From positions 5,084,001 through 5,148,000 of the forward strand of contig NC_090365.1 of the NCBI RefSeq assembly GCF_035084215.1: a stretch of 64,000 nt of DNA, written 5' to 3'. The notes beneath the pieces are model-generated. The model was not told where the DNA came from. It ran no database searches and was given only the letters and a program-made list of their open reading frames with translations. The DNA comes from Heptranchias perlo. Taxonomy: Eukaryota. The translations under genes were made by a program, and so were the position numbers. Below are positions 1 through 11,110 of this stretch, in pieces. How positions within the stretch are numbered: the stretch's first letter is position 1; each line of letters begins with the position of its first letter.

Positions 1-47
1 ACATCATGTTACCTGCATGCTCTGATCTGCACCGTGACCTCATGTAG

Positions 48-128
48 GACCATAGCGGGAAACTGGGACCTGAGGAGTTTAAAGCCTGCCTTATCAGCTT
101 GGGCTACGATGTTGGAAATGACCTGCAG
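48..128 (+). CDS. ACTN4: Alpha-actinin (probably ACTN4) exon 19a, non-muscle Ca2+-sensitive EF-hand 1 exon (alternative)
   Basis: TAG acceptor at 45-47, GT donor at 129; 81 nt, phase 0; translates [27 protein letters not shown], matching the NM exon of ACTN1/ACTN4. Confidence 0.9.
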
Positions 129-166
129 GTATTGATGATTTGAATGCAATAAAAGTCAGTAAATAG

Positions 167-403
167 CTAACTATGTATTTTTTTTTCTCCACTTCTCTCC
201 TGGATTCTGTGTTCTGGCCTATACCCATATTCCTTTTTGAATTACCCTAACCTGTTCTTTTGTATTTGTATTTTGTTCCTTTTTTTTTCTCCTCCTCCAA
301 TCTTTGGGTTTGGTTCTGTACTTGTCTCGTCTGACCTGTAAACCCTTGTTTATGGTACTATGCCCTCTCTTGTGCGTGTTTTTCTCTTGCTTACTCCTGT
401 TGG
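167..403 (+). promoter_or_regulatory. AG-exclusion zone with distant branch point and long polypyrimidine tract for exon 19b
   Basis: No AG dinucleotide between 165-166 and 404-405; CTAAC branch consensus at 167-171 (A170), second CCCTAAC at 245-251; U/C-rich throughout. Confidence 0.8.
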
Positions 404-408
404 AGTAG

Positions 409-474
409 AAGCGAACGGGGCTGATGGACGTTGATGATTTTCGAGCTCTCCTTATCTCTACGGGCTACAGTCTG
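409..474 (+). CDS. ACTN4: Alpha-actinin-4 exon 19b, Ca2+-insensitive EF-hand 1 variant (alternative to 19a)
   Basis: TAG acceptor at 406-408, GTACGG donor at 475; 66 nt; translates KRTGLMDVDDFRALLISTGYSL. FRALLISTGYSL is the ACTN4-type signature as recalled (ACTN1 SM exon reads FRACLISMGYNM). Not in the supplied ORF track. Confidence 0.88.
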
Positions 475-1339
475 GTACGGTTCCTCTTCCCTTCTCCACA
501 TCTTCACCCAGAAATACCAGGGGTTTGACTTGTAAGCTCTCTCATATTTTAGTAAATCTTTTGTAGAAATAAACTTGCTCTCATCAAAGTCAAATTCATA
601 AAGCTCATGTCTACTACATAAGTAGGTTTTCTGCAATGTTGGTATGTACTGGGCGTTAAGTTGTAACTTCATGACCAGAGAATGTTTGTACTGTGCCAAA
701 CTGTGTTTAGGAAGCTGTATTAACATATTTTTGATAAATTGTTCTTTTTTTAAAAAAAAACTTAACTGCACAGTTTTTCAAAAGTGCCCTAATTTTGCTC
801 ATATGAGCTGCTGAATAACAGGCATATGATTTACAGTGGCTGGGATTTTCTACCTTTGCATTGCCAGCCTGCAGTTTTCTACTCCATTAAAATGAATGGT
901 TGGGGGTGGGGAGACTTGGGCTGACGAGTGCATGGGCAGAAAACCTGGCCATTGTCTTGTAAGCAAAGTCTTGGAATTTTTCAAACCTTTTTTAAAATAC
1001 CTGAATAATGCTGAAGTTACATTATTGCCTGAGGTTATAGAGCTACCTTTGCCTGCAGCAAAGAATGAGAACTTCAGTCCACCATTATGTTTTAAGGCAA
1101 CCTAGTAGCTTCTATGCCAGGTTTCTATTCCTTTTTAGTGTTGACCCTAGTCTTGAAGAATCTGTTGTCTGGTTGCTTAGTGACAATAGTCTGAATATTT
1201 TTCAAAAACAAGGGATAAAATAAAGTGGGAATCATTGGTGAATCCTTGAATTTGAATTTTGGTTTTTAAAAATTGTATTTTAAATGTTTGAGTGGAGAAA
1301 AGAGGTGGGAAAAAAACTCCATGGAACAATATGGGTCCT

Positions 1340-1740
1340 CCAATGAGTGAGCAAGCACACTGTTGAGGTACTGAGACTTGCGGACTGGGGAGGTGCCAGG
1401 TTCAATCTCTGGTCTCTGCCAAGTTAGCTGATCTCAGGCAGGGCAACATTTTGGAGTGGTATAATTGACCCCTGTTCTTCCAGGCTAAGGAGGGAAAAAT
1501 CTGCTAGAATTCCTGGTTGCTGTTGCCCATGCTGAAAAGTGGGTGTGAGTGTGAGTAGTGAGGACAGGATCTGACTCAATGGCGATCCAGCATGTAGTCT
1601 GGCTTCCCCTTGATGAGTGAGTGTTACCCCAGTCTCCTAGTAAAGGTTGATTGAGACATCATTGTGTCAGTGGAAATATCCTTCCTGGCCCCTCAACCAA
1701 GGAGAATTTTGGAGAAAAGGTAAATGAAGAATGGGAGAAA
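1340..1740 (+). mobile_element. Old tRNA-derived SINE (family with GAGTTAGCTGATCTCAG core)
   Basis: B-box-like GGTTCAATC followed by AGTTAGCTGATCTCAG and GAGGACAGGAT; related copies near 2840-3210, 10830-11060, 26170-26330, 40615-40880, 45500-45750, 48090-48630. Confidence 0.6.
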
Positions 1741-2137
1741 TGGAACATTCTTTATTTTCACTTGACAGTCCAAAGGTAACTGATGTAGGGCTGGATGCTG
1801 GCCTGAATTATGATGGCTTTCCTTAACTCTTGGCGTGACCTCTGTTCAAAATGAACTGCAAGCTTGGAACTCTGTCAAATGGAGAGGAACATGCTGCCAG
1901 GTCCTGCATTGCAATTGCACATCTTGTCTGCCAGCTTCAGGGCTGCATTGTTGACATCTGTGGAATAACCTCTAACCTGCATCCTAGCTGCAGGTGCCTG
2001 AGTGGAAGGAGGGGGGCAATGTGGGAACAAATTGGAAAATAAATGATTCTATACTAATCTATTTGGTTTACCTCTTAATCTTGTCAAGTGTCTGTATAAG
2101 AGTTCATGTTTTTACTCTGTTGCGGTGTAATTCCCAG

Positions 2138-2296
2138 GGTGAAGCAGAATTTGTACGTATAATGGGTGTTGTTGATCCCAACAACACTGAGGAAGTGTCA
2201 TTCCAAGCCTTCATTGACTTCATGTCACACGAGACAACGGACACTGATACAGCTGAACAAGTCATGGCCTCCTTCAAGATTCTGGCAGGAGACAAG
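2138..2296 (+). CDS. ACTN4: Alpha-actinin exon 20 (EF-hand 2/3 region)
   Basis: CCCAG acceptor, GTAAGA donor; 159 nt; [53 protein letters not shown]. Confidence 0.93.
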
Positions 2297-4070
2297 GTAA
2301 GAAGTTGGACTTGCAAGGTTACAGAAAAGTTTGCAACTCTGGTTTAGAACATAATTTTGATGCTTGCTTGTAAACCGGGTTTGCAGTGCTTGTAAAGGCA
2401 ATTTCCCTTCTGTTAGATGGCTTGTTTATTTGAAATTTGTGTTCCTAATATTGCATAGTTTTTGACTGCAATGTTTTGAGTCATGGTATTACACCGTTTA
2501 CTTGTGAAAGCTTTTTACAGATGAGATGAAAGTAACAACCAAACAACACAATGTACAGAAAAACTGGCATGGTATATTAAAGCCCTTCATAGGTTTTTGA
2601 AATACCACAATAAACTTTTGTGAAGGCAGGTTCTACTGTCAGTTGCACAATGTCAGCAAGACTCCTCATGTCAGTGAATCATTGTAACACTGACGTATTA
2701 GCTATTGCCTTAGAGACCAGATGCAATCTATAAGTGGAGTAAAAGACCTTTCATTTGGTTTAAGGCATTCACAGGGCAGGTCTTGACCTGTATTATGCAG
2801 TCAGTAGATGTCTTGTTCATCTGTTGGAACAGATTTTGCTGCGAGCCAATCAAGTGAGTAACTGAGCGATAACCAGGAAGGTCTGTGCTCAGTTAGCTGA
2901 TCTCTGCTCAGATGATGGTTGTAAAAAGACTTGGCAACCTTGAGTTAGGGATTGGAAAATCAGCCGAGCTTCCCACTCATTATCCAACAATCCCTACCGG
3001 GAGTGCACATGAAATGGACATTGGGAGAAGACTGGATTTGATTCTGCTCTATGCTTTGGCACCTGCCAACGTTTGCCGTCAAAGCTCGTGCGTAAATACT
3101 GGTCACTTAGCTGAGGGACAAGGGGATGACCAGCACTGGTGGAATAATGATTTCAGTGAAACAATAAGCCACCTTAAAGAACCTGAGGGGGACACAATTT
3201 GCAAGAAAAGAAAGTTGTTGGAACAAACCCATTATGGAGCAATCTAACTCTTAATCTAGAATTTATAGTCTTTAATTCATATGGTTGCTTCTGGACCAGA
3301 TAAATGGATGTTTGTTGTTCAAATAGAAGTAATGTTTATAAGTTATTTTAAGTTCACATGTAGGAAGCCTAGCAATAGAAATAAAATCACCCTGCAGGCT
3401 GGCATAGCCACAGCCACCAGTCTTTCTGACAATCACTAGTGCTGGGGCTTGACTTGCCGAAATATCTTTGTAAAGACATCAGCTCCCTTGACTGATCAAA
3501 GTTTTTTTGGAGGATGGGGGAGGAAGAGAGCCTGAGGCAAGTGCAGCTGCACAAAAACAAATTCTTTTGTAGAATTATTGAAACTAAAATGTAATTATAA
3601 ATTTACTTTTCCAGCCAATTAAAATCAGCTGCCACATTGCATAATTAATTCCAAACATTTATTACTCTGGGTTTAAGAGTTTTCTTTTATCTGTTCTAAA
3701 CTTACCGTTCACTAATTTCTCTTTAGGCCCTCTAGTCCCACTTTCTTCCAGTTCAGTACAAAACCTCATGGAGTCAACACTGCACCTGGCAGTCCTAGGC
3801 TATGTGCATGACTCTCTGTATTCTGATGAGCCTAGCACGCCACTCAGTTGCCAAACATAATGTTTAGAAGAAGGCCCTCCACAAATATTTCAGAAACTAG
3901 GGATGGGCAATAATATGTCTGTACCCACATCTCGCAATAATTTTAAACAGATGGCTTAGCTCAGCAATCTAGCATGAACCTGTGGTGGGGCGGGGGTGGG
4001 GGGGGGGGGCGGCGGCGGCGGCAATGTCAGAAGAACCTAATGAGTTTTTTTGTGAATTCTTTCTTTTCAG

Positions 4071-4229
4071 AGTTACATCACAGCAGAGGAGTTACGACGA
4101 GAGCTTCCCCCAGATCAAGCTGAATACTGTATTGCCCGGATGGCTCCGTATAGAGGACCTGACACAGTGCCTGGCGCTCTGGATTACATGTCCTTCTCTA
4201 CAGCTTTGTACGGTGAAAGTGACCTGTAA
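4071..4229 (+). CDS. ACTN4: Alpha-actinin terminal coding exon (EF3-4, C-terminal PDZ-binding ESDL)
   Basis: TTCTTTTCAG acceptor; [52 protein letters not shown] then TAA at 4227-4229. Confidence 0.95.
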   Translation, partial: SYITAEELRRELPPDQAEYCIARMAPYRGPDTVPGALDYMSFSTALYGESDL

Positions 4230-6690
4230 TCGATTAGCATCTTTCCAGAGCCAGCCCACTTTTTTTCCCCTCCCTCCCTCCCTCCCTCCCTCTCTATCTC
4301 TCGCGCGCTCTCTCTCCACCACCACCTACACATGTCAGTGCTATAAACCACATATTGGAGTTGGCACATGCATTTACCGAGGAACCTTTTTCCCGTACAT
4401 TCCATTATATGTCTTATATTATGACTTTTGTCAGTCTTAAATCTATGCAAATATTTCCATTTTGCGTTTCTATATTGGGTGGTAATGCTGCAAACTTTTT
4501 TTTCTGTACACTGCACTGTTACAACCATTTGGAGCACGTCAACTGTTATTCATAAGTGCCACAGGAACTGTGAATCAGTCTGATGGGAATTTGGAGGTTT
4601 TGATTTTTAAATTCTAAAAATTCCATAGGAAACTGGCTCCTTTGTATTTTTCCAAATGTACTCAATACTGTAAAACTAAATATTTTTGTATTATAAATAT
4701 TTAGTATCCTTTTTTCACTTTTTCCCTCCCAAATCTAGAAGTGCGATAAAGATGAGCTGCTTTTGATGAATTTTTTTTTTGCAGCCAATATATAAAAAAT
4801 AATTTGCACCAGGTGGGCCATGTATGAATAGCACAAATGTATTTTTTATCATTTAAGATGCTTAGTTCTACAGTGCAGTATATGCTTAAGACCCCAGCTG
4901 GTAGTTTGTTTAAAGGGGGTTGGGTTACCTGGCAATGTTTTTACTGAAAATCATGGCTGTTTTAGTTTGCAATTTTTTTTTAATTCAGTGTTCCAGCATA
5001 GCCTGCACTGCCCTCACTGTACAGAATCTGAGTTTAATCTTTAGAAATCAAATGTTCAGATGGGTCAGGAGACACTCGCTGAAGAGGCAGCCCTTACTAA
5101 AAAGTAGGAGAGATAAATGGTTGGTGATGGGTTTGAAGGCGGTAATACAGTCGAGAGGTTTCTGATACCATCCGAAACCATGAGAGCAAAGTGGTTTCAG
5201 AAGGTCACCAGACCCCCAAGGGTGAATTGCTGCCTCAATATTGTTGCCAGTTATTTATAATAGTGTATAGCTTATTAAAATAAAGTTTGACTTTAGTTGC
5301 TGTTATGCAGTGAGCTCGCTGAGTACAATTGAGGCAGTGTTGAAGCATAGCCAAGATTGAGGTAGGACCTGAAGGCATTGGTACCCTGGTATTTGTTTTT
5401 CCAGGAAAGAATTAATAGGGGAATTAAACCATATGTGGTATTATAATAGGGTTCCTCCTCTTTATCCTGTAGTACCAGTGAAGTCGTTGTCACGTTAATG
5501 CAGACTCCCACTGGGTTATCTCTGGGTTATCTGAATCACTAATATAAATTGATGTAAAACCTCAATCATGGAAAACAAAGGGTGACCAGTGTAGAATTGC
5601 ACAAATCCAGACTGAATCCACTGTGTCTTGTCTTTACCCAGAATCATGAAATGCATTGGATTATCTCCAGTGATCTCAGACAGTGCGCACTGCAGGGTAG
5701 GGAGTGAATTTGGGATTGGAAACGGGGTGAGTTATGCCTACCAGAATCAAATTATTGAGTTGGTTATTAATCTAGCATCTACAGGGGGGTTTCAGTGCTA
5801 TAATTGATGTCAAAATGAACTTGTGCTGTTCCAATTGTGCATTGATATTTTTAGTCATGTAGCTGTAAAGCAAAACCAATAAGTATTTGAAGCTATAGTG
5901 TAACTGGGGGCTAAATTGGCTTAACAGCTCCACCTGAGTTTCTCTACATGGGGCGGGCATTAAAAAAAAAACTATAATTCCGCCACGAGAGATTTTTTTT
6001 TCCCCTGTTTCGATAGTTCAGTCGAGGGCAAAATAACATGGGTTTTTTTGAGAATATTTATCTCTCCATATTTAATCTTTTTCTCCATGTACATACTGCA
6101 GTGAACTTTAATTTGAAAGACTGCCTTTTTTTAAAAAAAACAAAGCTGGGCTTTTTCTGTGAAGGTACTGTTTTTGCAGAAGGAAGAGTCTCTAGTTGAA
6201 AAAAAAACGGGTGCTATCGTGGGTTTTATTTTAATCCTTTTCGATTCTCCTTGCTCCTGGGACATGCTCGACATTGATTTATTGTTGCTGTGAGACACAG
6301 GCTGGCCTTGAGTTAGAATAATAGCTGCAGTTTTTTTTGGTGGTGATGGAGGGCTTTTTCTATTTACATTAACACGGGGACTTATTATACAGTATATATA
6401 AATATATATATCATCTGAAACACTTTCGTGGACTATATGTGTAATTACTGCTTGATTTTAAGAGGAAATAAATTGAACATCCTGAAAAAACATTCCAATG
6501 GACAAATGAGATTTTCTGGAATACTAGTGAGGTTTCTGTGAACATGTTTTCTCCCATGCTGTTATAGCCATGTTTGTGAAGTGCGATAAAAGTGAGGGCT
6601 GCCTTTCTACATTTGGTCTAAGGTGTTTTCAGTGGGTCTCTGCTACCTTAGCCCTATTAGATGAAATAAATCATCAATATTTTTGAAAAA
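4230..6690 (+). other. Probable ACTN4 3' UTR with alternative polyadenylation signals
   Basis: AU-rich sequence free of recognisable TEs after the stop; AATAAA at 5279-5284, 6467-6472 and 6665-6670; true end not determinable. Confidence 0.55.
4268..4318 (+). repeat. (CCCT)n/(CT)n microsatellite in 3' UTR
   Basis: ccctccctccctccctccctccctctctatctctc. Confidence 0.85.
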
Positions 6691-7379
6691 AAAAGGTGCT
6701 GGACTGTTATTTTGAAACTAAGCTTTACTGTTAGACTAGTTTCCTTTCTGTGTGCACTACTTCCATTTCGTGGTTTAAAAAACCTGCTCCCTGACCACTT
6801 AACTATCCACTATGGCTCGGTTGAACTTTGGAATTCATGTGAGCAATCATGGAGCAAACCAATCCCATTGATTTTTTTTTTCTCTCTTGTACATCGTGTC
6901 CTGACCTGTCATTCAGATCTGCACATAAAGCAGCATTTCCACTGCCTCTGGAACATCTCATGCAAAAAATTGTGGTGCTAGGGTAGCAAATTGCGCTTGG
7001 CATGGTAAGTGTGGAAATTCACTCTTGTATGTTCTGCTACCAAATCACTTGCCCTACACATCTGAGGAATGCCCCAACATACCAATGTTACTAGTTTATG
7101 TCAACAATTACAATTAGGTGAACGCTTGTATTTTAAAAGGTAACTTTTATGGTGAAAAAGACTATCTGCTTTCTTCAGTGTCTTATTCTACAGTATTTGT
7201 TTATATCTGGGTACATCCACATAGTTTGTGATTCTGAGCATGAAACTCTGCCTGGTACTCCTGATTCAGCAGCCATGCTGTCATCAATGTATCTCACTGA
7301 CACCCATATCACTTCCCTATCTCTGCTTCTGCACACTGATACTGTATAGGCATTCCCACACTTCCACCCTCACAATTAT

Positions 7380-7870
7380 ACTAGCAACAGGAGGAGGCCA
7401 TTCAACCTATCCAGCCTGCTCAGTCATTCAGTTAGATCATGGCTGATCTGTAGCTCAACTCCATTTAACTGCCTCTGCTCCATATTCCTTGATACCCTTA
7501 CCTAACAAAAATCTATCGATCTGTCTTGAGGCTAGGGCAGTTGGAGCTTTCAGTAGCCTATTGGGGAAGAGTTCCAGATTTCTACTACCCTTTGTGTGGA
7601 AAAAGTGCTTCCTGATTTCCCTCCTAAATGGCCTAGCTCTAATTTTAAGATTATGTCCCCATATTCTTGAGTTTCCCCATCAGAGGAGAGTGTTTCTGCC
7701 TTTTTACCTGCCATTTCACTTCTTGTATTTTTATTTCCTCATATCAGGCTGCATCCTAGTAAATCTCTACTGTACCTTTCCTCTTGCCTCAATATCCTTC
7801 CTATAGTGTGGAGCCCTAAACAGCATACAGTCCTCAAACTGTGGTCTTAAGTTTTAATATAGAGTCACCA
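7380..7870 (-). mobile_element. CR1 LINE 3' fragment (decayed)
   Basis: Reverse complement resembles CR1 ORF2 C-terminus and 3' UTR (ggaggccattca...gatcatggctgatctg). Confidence 0.75.
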
Positions 7871-8453
7871 TATTGATCACAAATCATGAGTACCACAATA
7901 CCAGTGAGAATACTGCTGGGTTAGTGAATCTGATCATTTACACTGCTGCCTCTAAATTGCTTCCATTTAAACCTGACGTTTGGTTTTTTAATGCTGAGAG
8001 CACTTTGGTGCTCAGAATTTGCAAAATTTTTAAAAAGCACACTGGTACGGATGTTTCTGTCTCATCAATTAAACTCATTGGGTATTGGCGCATAGTTGAG
8101 TTTGTTTTGAACCTGCTTTACTCTAAATGCCACTTTCCCTCGTCCTTGTCATGAGGGAAGAATAGTCAGGCCGTGGACTTTTCTACAGCTATTGCTGTGG
8201 CATGATTGGCTGAGTTGGCACAGTTCCACTGTTAAGACCCAAGATTCCACCACCACCAAATCCCTCTCTTAGAGGGAGGAGCACTTTGTCTGTGCATTAC
8301 ATCCCATCTGGCTGAGCCATGGCAAAGCATGCCCATTGAGGAAGCCTAGTATGATGGACATGCAGCCCTGAGACTCCTGGGTTCACTGCTTCTGGGAGTC
8401 AAGTGCTGTTTTTAATTCCAACTCCCTTTCAGAAATCACAAAGCAGGGTGAGT

Positions 8454-8868
8454 CACTCTCAGTCAGAAGTTTGTGGGGTTTAAGTCCCCACTCGAGACTT
8501 GAACACAAAAATTTAGGCTGACACTCCCAGTGCAGTACTGAAGGAGTGCTGCACTGTCAAAGGGTGCCGTCTTTCGGATGAGACGCTTAAGCCAAGGCCC
8601 TGTCTGCCTTCCCAGGTAGATGTAAAGATCCCACAGCACTATTCGAAGAGCAGCAGATGAGTTCTCCCTGGTGTCTTGGCCAGTGTTTATCTCTTAACCA
8701 ACATCAGTTTTTTTTTAAAAAAACAGATGACCTGATCATTATCAGATTGCTGTTTGTGGGAGCTTGCTGTGCACAATTTGGCTGCCATGTTTCCTACATT
8801 ACAACAGTGGGGGGGGAAAAAAGTACTTCATTGGCTGTAAAGCGATTTGGGACGTCGTATGGTTGTAA
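8454..8868 (+). mobile_element. tRNA-derived Deu-domain SINE (SacSINE1/AmnSINE1-like)
   Basis: GGTGCCGTCTTTCGGATGAGACG...GTAAAGATCCC...GCTGTTTGTGGGAGCTTGCTGTGC; many near-identical copies in the window. Confidence 0.8.
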
Positions 8869-11110
8869 CTAATTTATTTCTTTAATTCCAAGTACCGGGA
8901 CACACTTTCAGAAACCACGACGCAGGTGCTTGAAAGGGTCACTTGAGACATTTTAAAAATAAAAATTCCTGCATACATATGCACCTCTGACCAGAGTAAA
9001 ACCTTCCACAAAATCTTTTATCAAAGCTATTGTAATTGCTGACCTGGGAAACTTGTTAAATTTTACATGGCCAATCAATTAATGCAAACAATTTTTTGTA
9101 ATTAAGACTTAGTCATACTTGTGTTGAATTTGCCCTGGTTTTAATATACTAAAGAATGTTTCTATGTTTAACCAGCTGTGCTGCAAATTCACCACTTGTC
9201 TAGAAGCAAATTATTTGCACACTAGTTAATATTTTTGATACTTTGAGACTGCCTTACTGAGGTTGCTACAGGTTATTGCCTTTTTCTGCTTTTATGTCCA
9301 TGTAGAATATAGTGGCACATTTTATTTCTAATTACAAAATTGAAGAAATGAACTCATTAAAGGTACACAGCAGCAGCTCCCTGAGGCCGGCAGGCTAACG
9401 AGTTTGTAGCATTACACTGTGTAGATGCATGGACTATTAAAATTCAGTAAGAGATGGTGACAGCATCCAGTTAATATATTTATATTTTCATCCCATCAAT
9501 CTGGCTGGAATTCAAACCCTCTGAGCTGAATGTATTCTCCCTGCAGGGTCCAGAGTTCCTGTGATTGACACAAACTAGCCATAATTCAGTAATAATTGCC
9601 AGTCTCCCTCTGTGAAACGATAACTTCACAGCAGTGTGAGGGTGGTAGGATAAGAGAGAGGAGGAGGGAATGTTCTGAGTTTGAAACACATTGGTCCACA
9701 TTCTAACAATCATTATCCTCTGTAACCAGTTCTGTAACAAGCTCACTGCTTTATACTGGCGTATGATGCATTAAGTCGAAAAGCTTTCATTTGAATGTCA
9801 ACATCTCCCAACTTCAGCAAAATATTTTTGCCCAAGAGTGAAATTGCCTTTTTTGCAGCCAATGGATCATCTGTGGATTAGAGGATGGGCCAATAGCTTG
9901 TCCCAAGCCTCACTTTAACTCTATGACGTCCGCTAAATGTTTCATCTTCCTTACACCCTACTACTTGATGCTTTCTGGCCATCGTATGGCACATGTGGAC
10001 ACTTAAGGGGGCTTCAGGCCAGTGTCCTGCCATTTATCCAGCAAATTGGTCTCCAAATTTATTAAATTACCAGTTTTAACACTTATTAAAATCTATGAAG
10101 TGAATTCCTGTGCCTGGTTAGGGACATGAAATCATTCCAGCATACCTTGCTTGTTACCAGTATACTCAAAATACACTTGGCTATTGTGTATGTAATATTT
10201 TCAGTCACACACCTGTTTGTACCTATGTGAATTGGGCAAGGATTGGGGAAAGGGTTTATATAGTGTCAGATTTGACCTGGATTTGGAGTCCTGGCAGTAT
10301 AAGAGAGCATGGGAAGGACTGCATTATATTATTGCACCACATTTAAAGTTTGACTGCACGTACATGACCTTATTTAGATTGGCTGCAGTGAAGCAGGCCA
10401 TTTTACCGAGACATGATCTGACTCTACTACAATGCTCACTGTGTTTGGATCCATAAAAGGAGACGTAACACCTGTAGAATTTCGGCTGCACAGATAACAT
10501 CAGGCGGAGCGTTAAATGTCAGACTTAATTTGGTACAGAGTAATTGAGAAACCAGTTGCACAAGTTTTATATATTGGGAAATGTGTGAATACAGAAATTT
10601 TATAGGAATATTCAGGCTTTCTTCCACTGTTTTTCCATTATTTAAAGCCCATACACTGTGGATATTGAATGTTAGTAATTTAATGTCCCTGTTGCATTTA
10701 GTACCATTCTCCCTGTGGCTTGTCCTACTTAGTGTTTCAATGCTAATCAGAGATTCTAATGAGGAAAGGTTGTCAGATGTTTACAGGAAGGCACTGGCCC
10801 ATTGGGAGCATTCAGGCAAAAAAAAGGTTGTGAGCAAATGCATTGTGTGGTGTGGAACTGAACTATTCAAACCAAGAAGATCCCAGGTCAAATCCCTGGT
10901 GTGCTGAGTGAGCTGATGTGACTCCTCGATAATGTATCCTGAGGATATGATGAAGCTCAGCTGTGGGCTCTTAATCCCATAACCTACCAATAACTTGCTG
11001 ACAAGGTACTGGAACATGGCAGGCACCTGGGTAACCTGGCCTCAGCAACCTTCAGGGTCGAACCACACCTGTTGGCAGCACAGAATTATGCCATTTGGCC
11101 CATCATGTCT

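Noticed and set aside
391-771. 126-aa minus-strand ORF
   Set aside because: Antisense to exon 19b and its intron, non-ATG start, no recognisable domain
1994-2347. 117-aa ORF as a stand-alone gene
   Set aside because: Only 2138-2296 is coding (actinin exon 20); the flanks are intron read-through
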